Origin: Octopus sinensis
Taxonomy: Eukaryota
Assembly (NCBI RefSeq): GCF_006345805.1
Contig: NC_043001.1
Coordinates: 5,332,001 to 5,396,000 of the forward strand
Direction: 5' to 3'
DNA: 64,000 bases
Of this stretch, positions 52,220-64,000 are shown one piece after another (positions within the stretch are counted from its first letter, which is position 1; each line of letters opens with the position of its first letter). The notes below the pieces were generated by a model, which was given only the letters and a program-made list of their open reading frames with translations, was not told where the DNA came from and made no database searches. Position numbers and translations under genes: made by a program.

Positions 52220-52672
52220 GTTCTGAAATATTTTGTTTTGTACTTTTTAGGTTTTTAAACTTGTAAGAAAAATTCAAAATGGCTGCCTCTTTCGAGTTAC
52301 GTCAGAAACAAAGAGCAGTGATTGAATTTCTTGTTGCTGAGAGGGAAACACCCTGTGAACATTCACCGACGATTACAAAATGTCTTCGAGGACATGAAAG
52401 AGAGTTTGAAAGGCAAAAATTATTCCAGTGACGAGGAAGGGAAAACTGTAGTGAAGAAGTGGCTCAAAGAGCAATCATGAGAATTTTACGGGACAGAGAT
52501 ACATGATGTCATTCGAAGGTGGAACATTGCTATTAAGAGAAACGGTGACTATGTTGAGAAGTAGGGATGTGGTCCACAGAGGAACAGCTTCATGTTGATG
52601 TATGACATGTCCTGTGTTGGTAATTATACCTGTCCGAAACAAAATGGTATCACTTTCTGACTCATCCCTGTA
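52220..52672 (+). mobile_element. Internally deleted mariner element
   Basis: MAASFELRQKQRAVIEFLVAE...NIHRRLQNVF joined directly to MKESLKGKNYSSDEE...KKWL...RWNIAIKRNGDYVEK*; ends in CACTTTCTGACTCATCCCTG|TA. Confidence 0.85.
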
Positions 52673-53194
52673 CATGACTATTTCTGCCTTACGAAATGCT
52701 TTCCTTTATCTGTATACATGCAACTGAAACTTTTGCATATTTTCTTCTAATTTTGTTATGGAAGTGAGAATTTTTGCTGTAATTACAAGCCGTTTTTGGC
52801 AGCATAATTAATCTTCTGCTGTGTGATACATCTGAGTATAGAAACGTAGACTTCTTAATAAATTAATGTTGTCCATTAGAGTGAACCAATGATTAACTTC
52901 AGCTAAAACGAAGCCACTGATCTACTCTTTTGAAACCCTATGAATAATAAAGAGAGCTGCAGCAAAAATAGAACTTTTGTGTAACAAAATTTACCAATAG
53001 CAAAGCAATTATAGTAACGAACATAAATTTCAAATTCTGATTACAAACATAATGTATAAAAGCGTATTGCATGTGATATCAATAAGGTCATAAACATTAT
53101 ATATGTATGTGTGTGTGTGATTTTGTATGCGTGTGCATGTATATATATATATATATATGCGTGTGTGTGTATGTATATATATATATATATATAT

Positions 53195-53195
53195 A

Positions 53196-53227
<32 letters not shown>

Positions 53228-53382
53228 GCATGCACAGACGCACATATATAGATACATTTATATAAGTATGTATATATATATGTATGTATGTATATGTATG
53301 TATATATATATATAATATATATATATATATATGCACATATACATACATAGTACATACACACAAAGACACACACACATACGCA

Positions 53383-53424
<42 letters not shown>

Positions 53425-53508
53425 TATATATATATATATGCATGCACAGACGCACATATATAGATACATTTATATAAGTATGTATATATATATGTATGTA
53501 TGTATATG

Positions 53509-53548
<40 letters not shown>

Positions 53549-53592
53549 TATACATACATAGTACATACACACAAAGACACACACACATACGC

Positions 53593-53660
<68 letters not shown>
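53195..53660. repeat. Tandem duplication of a ~212-bp compound microsatellite block
   Basis: Unique marker GCATGCACAGACGCACATATATAGATACATTTATATAAG occurs at 53228 and 53440. Confidence 0.9.
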
Positions 53661-53661
<1 letters not shown>

Positions 53662-54269
53662 GAGAGAATAAACGCCGAAAATGATAGTATAGTGTTTTAA
53701 TTATAAAGTTCTTAAATCAATATTCCATTTAAATTCTAAAATACATAAGACCAAGATTAATTACCAAATTAAACAGCATTATTGTTGCGATTGTGTAATG
53801 TCGCAGTATCGAAATGCTATGAATAAAATTCAGAGAAGTACTGTAAAACTACTATCTAGTTAATTGCCACGAACAGGGACTTTGTCTGAGTTAATTAGAA
53901 AGCATATACACATGTACATACACATATATGTCCATACATACATACATACATGCATAAAGAATTAATACATACATATATACATTTATCCATATATACATTT
54001 ATCCATATATACATGTGTGTATATATATCGTTATTGTATTTGGTCAACATAATTTGTGCGTTGAAGCATATTTGTTGTGTTTGGGAGCCTCGTTACACCA
54101 ATAATAACACACGCGCTGTTTTACTTATACTTCTTTATCATTAGACAATTAATGGATGCTTATAACCTAGTGGTTAGAGTAGCGGATTATCGTTCGAGGT
54201 ATCGTGAGTCTGAATTTGCTAAAATTGTTGTTTATTTTCAGATACCATCAGAAAAATGTAATGCAAATT

Positions 54270-55327
54270 CATTAAAAGGACAGATCTATCGGATTTTCAA
54301 AGAGGTCAAATTGTTGGTGCTCTTATGGCAGGCGCTAGCGTAACAAAAACAGCCGGAATGTTTGGTGTCTCAAGAAGTACTGTTTCGAAAGTAATGACAC
54401 ACTTTTGAAAGAGGGAAAAAACCTCCACGTGGAAATAATACTCCGGAATTAAACCAAAACTTTCAGAGAGGGACCGTCGGACTCTTACGCGAATTGTTAG
54501 AAAGGATCACAAAAGTACAGCTCTCAAAATTACTGGAGACCTTATTGACCACCTCGAGAACCTGGTTTCCACATAAACTGTTCGCCGGGAGCTGCACAAC
54601 GCCGGATTTAATGGGAGGGCTGCAATCAGAAAGACATTACTTTCAAAAATAAATATTGCAAATAATTTATAGTGGAGTAAATAATTACGGAATTGGTCCC
54701 TAGAGTGGTGGAAGAATGTTATATTCTCGGACGAGTTATCTTTTACCTTATTTTCGACCACCGGCCGAGTATACGTGTGGAGGCAGCCAAAAGAATAATT
54801 TAGCCGTGACTGCCTTCTTCCAAATGTTAAAAATGGAGGAGGATCTATGATGAACTGGGTGGGGGTTATATCATGGAAAGCGCCGGCCAAATGGTTTCTC
54901 TTTATGGCAGAATTAACAGTCAAGGCTATTTAAGCTTTTTATCTGATTAAATTCATCCTAAGTTTGCGGACGATAAAGCACCGATTCACACAGATAAAAT
55001 TGTTACTGAATAGCACGAAAAACATCGTAAGTTGAACATATTTTCTGGTCATAACGGTCCCCAGATTTCAATATTATTGAACATTTATGGTGCATTTTAG
55101 AAAAACCATTAAAGTGTCCATATCCTCCACCATCGTCACTACAAGTACTGGAGACTGTGTTAGCTGAAGAATGGACAAAAATTCCTTTGGAAACAATTCA
55201 AATTTTGTATGGGTCCATATCTAGTACGATTCAAGTTGTAATTTTTGCCAAAGGCCGTCCCAACTTAATTTAGAATAAATTTGCTTGAAATTTTAAGGGG
55301 TTTCCATTATTTAGTCCAAACCCTGTA
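54270..55327 (+). mobile_element. Tc1-like transposon relic, 5' TIR not seen
   Basis: DLSDFQRGQIVGALMAGASVTKTA (paired-like HTH), TVRRELHNAGFNGRAAIRK, VIFSDE, DKAPIHT, PDFNIIEHLW; 3' end GTCCAAACCCTG|TA. Confidence 0.9.
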
Positions 55328-57068
55328 CGTATATATATATATGTAGTTCAGGCTTCCGTCGCTAGGAACCACTTCATGCGAATCTAAGGTATCGGTCTAC
55401 GACCAGAGTCATCGTCCGATGTCATGCTACAACGTGGGGCTTCTTTGTTTTGCAGTGCTTCTCCTCTGTTCTTCGAAATATGCGATGCCTGAAAGAAAGG
55501 AAGTGTATGTTTCCGTGAAATTTTCGTGTTTGCTGCGGAAAAGAGCGGTCGAATACAGATTTTCACGGGTTTAGAATGACTGGCAATTTAGCCCGGCGCT
55601 TCCAGAGATTACATTAAGATTATTAGGTGATCAAGCGCTTTATTTCAAACCAAAATAAGTGACACCGACATCAAAGTTGAGCGAAATCCCTTGATAAGGA
55701 AACGGTTTACCGAGTATTTCCACTCATCGATTTTTTTTTTTTAGAACTTAAAGTATTCAAGGATTCCATGAGACCTAAGTAATGCCGGCATCAAGTTTGA
55801 GCAAAATATGTCAAAATTGATAAAAGTTATGGTTGAAAATACGGTGTAGTCAATTTTAGTGGGAAATCCTAAAACGAATGGGTTTATCAAGTCTTTATCC
55901 TGATTGAATGGAAAACCCCAAATAGATGCCTACCATATATGGTGTTTGGCTTTGGGATTTGTTGATGGACATGCCCAAGCATGGCCTCACCGGGAAGTGC
56001 GATCTGCGGAAGTTAAACGGCATGTCGGGCTCCGAGGGATAAAGCTGCATCCTTGAAATAAAAAAAAAACATTTTCCCCCTCGCGTACCCTGTAACAATT
56101 GTGGCCTCAATCAAGTGGGGCATCAGGGACTTCATTACTAAGCGGGACCCTGACATATTTTTCCATTAGTTTCTGATGGACCGTTGTAAAGGTAAGCGCT
56201 TTAATGATGCGAACACCTCGCTAACGTCATAGAGCGATCATAGCTATATTTATCTAAACACGCACACACACACACATACACACACACACACTCTCTCTCT
56301 CTCTCTCTCTCTCTCACTCACACACTCACACACACACACATACATATATATATATTATATATACGTACATATACGCACACATATCTTTTAACTTAGATGA
56401 TGAATACAAGAATACAAGAATACAAAAATGGCAGATCTATAATTGTACACTCATTGCTCGTTGGTTATCTTACGGAAGTTATCAGATGGCTGCACCATGC
56501 GTCTCTTCTCCATGCAACATATTTCAGAAATGTAAGGCTTTGGGGGTATGTGTTTCGATTCATTAAAGATTTGCAGTTCGAACTTTATATATTACTTATT
56601 TCTCAAACTAATATGTACTTTTCCCGATTAGCTGGAAAATGTTTTAAATAACAACCATTGGTTGGATTTTCTTATCCTTGAGCAAGAAATATCGTTTTCA
56701 TTGTGATATTCCGAAACTTCTAGATGCCCTTCGGTGTATACTGTGTTACTTGAAACGGTATTATGCTGCATCGCTTTAAATAGCAAGAATCACATTTGTT
56801 TCTAAGTGCGTTGGCTTTAACAGAAGAGAAAAATCATTAGTATCAATTAAATTGCTCAGGTTCGCGTCGAACAATCGATGAAGATTCTATATATAATGCT
56901 ACTGAATTACCTTTTTTTCTTTCCTATTGATGTCACCCGCTGCTTGCAGTCTGTTAGTGGTGTCTATATCATACAAAACCTATTGAGGCTTGCCCACACT
57001 GACATCTACACATGCACAGATACACACTCATTCACACACACGCACACACACATACACATATATATATA

Positions 57069-57109
<41 letters not shown>

Positions 57110-57221
57110 CATATACATATATATATATAAATACCTATATATATATATACACACACATATGTATGTATATATATATATATATACAAGTAATAAATATGAG
57201 TATACATATGTATATAGTGAA

Positions 57222-57258
<37 letters not shown>

Positions 57259-57298
57259 TATGTATATATATACATATAATATATACATATATATGTAT

Positions 57299-57336
<38 letters not shown>

Positions 57337-57992
57337 ATATATGTGTATATATATATATATATATTGTATGTTGGTGTCAACGGCATTGTGGTTCTTAAAG
57401 ATTAAGACATTTTTTGAGAAAAAGTTAGTTGACTGGGGGGACTGGAAATTATCTGAAACATGACGTGTGTCACCTGTATCAAGTCGTTATATGCCAGGTA
57501 TCGAAATGTCGACAACATAACTATTGGCCAATGCGGCAACAAAAAGAAACAAACAAAAAACACAATATGGCGAAAATGTACGCTTTTGCATTCAATGTTA
57601 AAATTCACTTTGAATTCAGCTGTAAACAAAATTTAGCGCATTTCGATAGTAAATTTGGTTCAAAGAAACATCTATCACATATCAAAAAGAAAAACTAACA
57701 TAGCGTAGGCAAAAGTCATTTTAAACAAATTTACTTTCTTGTGAACCCAGTATATATATAGAAGGCGTTTTTTCCTTTTGTTATTAGGCCTGTACTCTAT
57801 TTTTTTGTTGTTTAAGAAAAATGTCCGTTCCTTGGGTTTGTGTCTATGTTTTCGTTTCTCATTGTGTTCGACGTTTTTTTGGTTTCCTGTACTCATATAT
57901 GCATGTATATATACATGTAGAGGTAGGTACGTACATATATGTATATATATATGCATATGTTTTATTTATTAATATACATATATATATATATA

Positions 57993-58174
57993 TACCATTG
58001 GCGATGTTTTTCCTCCGTCTTTCCTTCCTTGGATCTTTCCTTTTCCTATGTTTCTCACGAAGAACTCCGCTCGAAACGTTAAATCCTCCTCCTTTCTTTC
58101 CTTTCCTGAGCGTCCAATAACACTATGCTTGTTCCACGTCCTCGCGTTGTTGTGTTTGCATGTTTGGATTAACT
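57993..58174 (+). mobile_element. Penelope-type terminal repeat fragment with a decayed HHR motif
   Basis: GTTT-CTCACGA-AGAACTCCGCTC-GAAACGTT-AAAT at 58050-58084. Confidence 0.5.
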
Positions 58175-58489
58175 TTATTTATACCTATATATATATATAC
58201 TTGTGTATGTATATATTCATATATTTATATATATGCATATAACTGTATATATATGTATATATACGTATATATATACACATGCATATACATATATATGTAT
58301 ATATATATTTATATATTTATATATAAAGATATATAAGTATATACATGACGATTGCTTCATCTTGACAGATGGTAGCTGTCTCCTCAACACACACCACAGA
58401 CTCCAACACGCATTGCGATCCCTCCGTTAATTAGACATCACGTGGCTTTTACGACTAGCTACTCACTGGCAGGATTTAAAACACAACTG

Positions 58490-59300
58490 ACAGTCCAGTT
58501 TCTTTTGCGTCGTTTCTCTTTGGAATCCCATTCTAAAGGAATGCTTTTGTGAACTAGCATATGTTTTTTTAGTCCAGATATTGTCTTACATGTTCTGCGA
58601 CATATGATATAAGTTCTAAGAAGCAATTGGTGTTCAAAATTATTACCTACACGGGCATTTCGACTTAAATACGACTGCATTTAATTCACATGTCCTGCTT
58701 CACACTATCACACATAATATGTATCCAATATATCAACAGTTGATTTCGGTTCCAAATGTTTCTTTCCAACAGGCTCTTTTAAGCTCAGAGCGCTGAATCC
58801 TCTTGTCTTCTCAAGCCCCGCAAGCGGTCCTAGGAGCACCTCTCCACTTGTTCTGATCTTGAGCATCAGTTTTCCAAAACAGTTTCTTCATATCTAGTTT
58901 CTTCGGGTTTTCATTCACACATTATTTATATCATTTCCCCGGCTTATATTGTGGTCGTTTACCAAACTTGTGCGCACCATAAAAAAAAGACGCTTCTTTA
59001 ATCGCCCAACTTTCATTCTGGTAATATGTCCAGTCCATTTCATTTGCACGACGATAACATGTTGTTCAATTTAGCTACAACGTACCCTGCGCAAAAAATC
59101 TATATCTGGTATGAAGCATTCCTCACTTGACTCCCTATATACGTTTGAGGCACATTTGATGAAATCTCTCCAGCATTTTCATATAAGGTCTACGTCTAAG
59201 TGATCTACGTCTCACTCGAATAAAGAAGTGCATTTAATACACACGAATTATAGATACTGACTTTTGTCGGCAAAAATTATCTACATCTACCCATACTCAC
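58490..59300 (-). mobile_element. RTE-clade LINE 3' fragment with a C-terminal C2H2-type motif
   Basis: LERFHQMCLKRI, QMKWTGHITRM...RLKKRLFYG, DQNKWR, ICRRTCKTISGLKKHMLVH; frameshifted. Confidence 0.8.
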
Positions 59301-59501
59301 CTTTGGAGCTTTCCAAAGGCAACACTGCCCTTCCCTAATCGATTGTATATCTCTGCGTGAAGACCACCATTGACTGACAGTGTGCTTCAATGGTAAACAA
59401 AAGTATGAATGACTTCTAACCTCGTTCCATTCACAAAAGCCTAAGGTTCAGAATACCCCGACAGTGTTTACATACACACATACATAATACATACATACAT
59501 A

Positions 59502-59666
59502 GGTGCAGGAGTGGCTGTGTGGTAAGTAGCTTGCTAACCAACAACATGGTTCCGGGTTCAGTCCCACTGCGTGGCATCTTGGGCAAGTGTCTTCTGATGT
59601 AGCCCTGGGCCGACCAATGCCTTCTGAGTGCATTTGGTAGACGGAAACTGAAAGAAGCCTGTCGTA

Positions 59667-59756
<90 letters not shown>

Positions 59757-59968
59757 CGTGTGTGTTTGTGTTTGTCCCCCTAGCATTGCTTGACAACCGA
59801 TGCTGGTGTGTTTATGTCCCCGTCACTTAGCGGTTCGGCAAAAGAGACCGATAGAATAAGTACTGGGCTTACAAAGCATAAGTCCCGGGGTCGATTTGAT
59901 CGACTAAAGGCGGCGCTCCAGCATGGGCGCAGTCAAACAACTGAAACAAGTAAAAGAGTAAAAGAGTA
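59502..59968 (+). mobile_element. SINE family B, full length, expanded central microsatellite
   Basis: Same layout as the copy at 42595; ends in (GTAAAAGA)2. Confidence 0.92.
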
Positions 59969-60766
59969 TACATACATACATACATACACACATACATGCA
60001 TGCATGCATGCATGGTTGCATACATATATAAATATATACGTACTTATATATACATGCGTATGCGTGTATATATGCGTACATGAATGCTATCACATAAGAT
60101 ATTTAACGAATTAATTAATCTATTATAATCACAATTTCTGGTAACAGTAAGGGCTAATGTAAAATAGCCAACAATTAATATATTCTTCGATATCACCTCC
60201 CATGGACTGAGTTTTTCTTTCGAAAAGCGGTTCAGCCACGCGCATTTTCATCCAAGATAGAGATGTGGACCAACACTTTGATGTAACACACTTGAAAAGA
60301 CATGAAGATCCTTTCACATGAAACCATTGGAAACCATTTAAAACCTACAAATGAAGTATATACATATGTGTCTATGTGTGTGCATGCATTTGTGTCTGTG
60401 TGTATGTGTGTGTGGATGTGCGTGTATTTCAGTGTGTGTGAGTGTGCATGATTGAAGTATCCATGTTGTGCGAATGGCAGGAATGGTACTTGGATGTATA
60501 TAAAGTGTGTGTGTGTATATACATATATGATGTGAATAGATGTGTCTGTGTGTTTGTAAAATCTGGTAGGATGGTGTGTGTCCGTTTGTCAACCGTGTGT
60601 GTGATTGTCTTGGTGTTGTGTGTGTGTATGTGTGTGCATATGTGTGTCTTTATGGAGGTCAGAATGGTGTGAGTGTGTGGGTCTTTATGTGAGTGTATAT
60701 ATGTATACATGTGATTGTGTGTGGGGGGCTGTTTTTGATTGGTCCCAGGGTCCATGTATATATATG

Positions 60767-60840
<74 letters not shown>

Positions 60841-60844
<4 letters not shown>

Positions 60845-61219
60845 CAATTAAGGACAACTACTTAATAAGGAAAACTTAACAAGAAATTGTCAGGTAGATA
60901 GCGTAAAAACCTCATAAGAGAAAAAATTTCGAAAATAATTATTTCTTATTGAACATATTAATTTATATATAGAGGGCATTATACATACATGCCAGAAGGC
61001 ATTATACATACATGCCAGAAGGCATTATACATACATGCCAAACGCTAAGAGGGACAATTAGTCATTTCTACCAAAAATATTACTAATCCCACCGAATGCA
61101 ATTTTTCAAAGTAAGACATGTCTTACTTTGAAAAATTGCATTCGGTGGGATTAGTAATATTTTTGGTAGAAATGACTAATTGTCCCTCTTAGCGTTTGGC
61201 ATGTATGTATAATGCCCTC

Positions 61220-61230
<11 letters not shown>
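60841..61230 (-). mobile_element. Second copy of the 35.6-kb element family, as a perfect fold-back
   Basis: 60841-61118 is the reverse complement of a diverged 35630-35860 sequence; zero-spacer palindrome centred at 61118/61119. Confidence 0.85.
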
Positions 61231-61307
<77 letters not shown>

Positions 61308-61311
61308 ATAT

Positions 61312-61362
<51 letters not shown>

Positions 61363-63343
61363 GTGTGTGTGTGTATATACATATATTCATACATATGTAT
61401 ATATGCACCTATACACATATATACGAGTGATCGTGTGTATACAATATAATACTTGAGTGTTATATTGCTGGTTACTATTGAAATTTTTGTTTTTTATAAA
61501 AATGTATATCGAATATTCGCGGCATTTCAATTAATGCATTGTGTATCAGCTGGACTAGTTTCTCCTTAGTATGAATACAAATATATCTTGACTGAGTTCC
61601 GTTGCAGACCGTGGAACTTTTAGATCGAAACTGTAAATGATATGCTAATGATACATAAAATTCTTACTCTTTGGGGATTTCATACCAAATAAGGTACTTT
61701 TTCGTCTCCCGGCGCTGTATCACTTAACAGAATCTATGAGATGATACTCATACAAAATTTCTTTATAGATATTAATATATTTTCCCATGAATATTGATAA
61801 TATATCACATGTTTGTCTGATTTATTTCCGTATATATCAGTCGTGTCACGAAGAAGAAATTTGCTGCTGTTTTTTTGTTTTTACTTGTTTCAATCTATAG
61901 AAGTTATTTTCAATTCTTACATAGAATTCTAATGCCAATATGTTCACCAAGATTTATGTTTCTTTTTTGTATTGTATCTTTTTTACTATTCAATGGCGGA
62001 TATTTGTGTGACCCTAGTAAATTTAGTTATTACTTTAATGTTCACATACTTTGATTTAGATTTTATTGCTCCATATAAATATTCATTTAGCATGCTTTAA
62101 ATACAGTAAATATTTTTGGTTTCACTGCATTTGAAAGGTTCCTTTTAACTGAGTTTGTTTGTGTTTAGAAATTTTCCAAAAGGAAGAAATGCTAAGCAAA
62201 TTTATTACGGTCAACTACATGATCTATTAGAATAGATGCATTTACGCTACATTGAATAATCTGAAAGTGTGTTTAGCCACAAGATAACTGTGCACTCTAG
62301 GGTGAAATAATCGCGATCCTATCAATTTTCGATGTTGGCAAGTCATCAATTGACCTCCAATAACTTGCCAAGATCTGATTGCTTGGGTGATTGTGAAAGC
62401 TGATACAGCTACATCGATTTCTTTCGTGACAGAAAACAGATGAAAGTCAATAGATTTGTGTATCCTCCAAGAAAGAGACACTATTTTTTTTATTGACATT
62501 TCTATGAGAGTCTAAATATGCCAATATTCATAATTTCTCTTAAACAAGAAATCAATTATTTTCCTTACTAAGTGGTATTTTCGCTTTTAAATTGTGTCAA
62601 CAATCAGCCTTTGCATAAATATATCATCGACGTGAAGCTATTTCGGTCTTAAAGTTTATAAATGGCCAGTTTTCAATTACATTTCCTGCTTACGCTTCTA
62701 TTATAGAAAGAAAATACAAAAGTCTCCGTTCGTTAGTACTTCGGATTGTATTAGTCTACCAGGGTGTTACCCGTCATAAGAGGGAAAACTTTCAAAGAGT
62801 ATTTTTGCCGTCATAAAAAGATATGCCATACATACGGTAATTATAATTTAACAGGTATCAACATATTTGTTGCTTATTAAAAAAAGAAAAAAATTAGTAA
62901 TATTCAGAACAAACGTAATTACCTTGAAATAAGAAAAATATTCAAAACTTAAAATAAGGAAATAGAAACTGTTCCTCCTCTTCTCTCATTCAATATATGA
63001 GTCTTTCTTTCACAATTTGTGCGGAACCTGTTCATTTGTTAGCCTAGCATGGCACGAATACAGCGCATCTTATGTAAAATTTTAACCTTTTTTTCATTTA
63101 CTTTATCGCCCCCTCTCCTTTAACGATATAATGCGTGACTGGAGAAATCAAACATCGAGCAACGGACTGATATAAGTACGCCGGACAAAATGCTTATTAG
63201 TACTTTATCCGTCTCTTCATTCTGAGATCAAAGTGGATCGATGTTGAGCTTGTCTTCGATCTCTTTGTAACGTTTCGATCTCTTTGTGGTCATCCTCGAT
63301 GGTGAATACTTGTCCGCTAGAAATACCAGTAGTCACCTGCCTG

Positions 63344-63387
<44 letters not shown>

Positions 63388-63599
63388 CATGCAGATTGCA
63401 TCAAATAACCATATACAGTAGGAGTCCTCTCCTGGGATTAAAGCAGCAGTAACGTCGGTTCTTACGGAACAGCCAAATTTAAAAAGAAATAGACATTACC
63501 TTTCAGTATAGTTAATGCTTTCATCTCTTATAGAGATTTTCTAACTGGCTACTTTGCTTGATGGAAGATCAGTGACTGGTTGTCATTTATTTACTATAT

Positions 63600-63917
63600 A
63601 TTGCGAGCTGGAGTAAAGTACTACTATTTCTAGCAGACGAGCAGCTGTCGGTTGAATCTATAATAAAGATGATACCACCAACTGGACTCACAGAGGAAGG
63701 CAAGGCATGTTTTTATTGTACGGTTGCAGTGCTGAAAGAGTGTGTTTGGAGGACTAGAATGGAAAGTTCTGTGAAAGAGTCCTTCATCTCTGGACCCAGT
63801 TTGCTGTCCTACTTCAGATACCATCTGAAGAGCAAGATGAAGACCCTGCCACCGATTGAATACGAAAAACTATGGAAGGATGTGATGAGAAAGGTGGGTG
63901 TTAGTAACCCAGCTTAA
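63600..63917 (+). mobile_element. Tx1/L1-clade LINE ORF2 C-terminal fragment
   Basis: LSVESIIKMIPPTGLTEEGKACFYCTVAVLKECVWRTRM...SLLSYFRYHLKSKMK...YEKLW resembles the region after the CCHC knuckle of Tx1-like ORF2; recognised from memory of the family. Confidence 0.55.
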
Positions 63918-64000
63918 TCATTGATGAAAGGAAAATATAGTTGCTGGGCCTTATACGCTGGCGGGTTCGATATTTTTATTCGTTTTCTTTCTTTGTTTTC

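Overview
This is very AT-rich eukaryotic DNA that is either intergenic or part of a large intron. The repeat families and the density of (TA)n/(AAT)n microsatellites suggest an octopus or other coleoid cephalopod genome (inference). I could not support any host protein-coding gene. Most ORF-track entries (poly-YI, poly-N, poly-L, HMRM) are microsatellite artefacts; the rest are transposon relics. The relics are a near-full-length CR1-like LINE (16.2-20.5 kb), four R4/Dong-type retrotransposon pieces, Penelope-like (RT + GIY-YIG) pieces, RTE and Tx1/L1 3' ends, two Tc1 elements (one with DD37E spacing), two mariner relics, Helitron-like ends, and at least four tRNA-derived SINE families. The most interesting signal is a set of small non-coding, Penelope/retrozyme-like fold-back elements carrying hammerhead ribozyme (HHR) motifs. 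One of them (36021-36087) folds into a complete type I hammerhead. Its predicted cleavage site matches the start of a ~466-nt directly repeated unit and the turn of a perfect 52-bp palindrome. All alignments and folds were done by eye.
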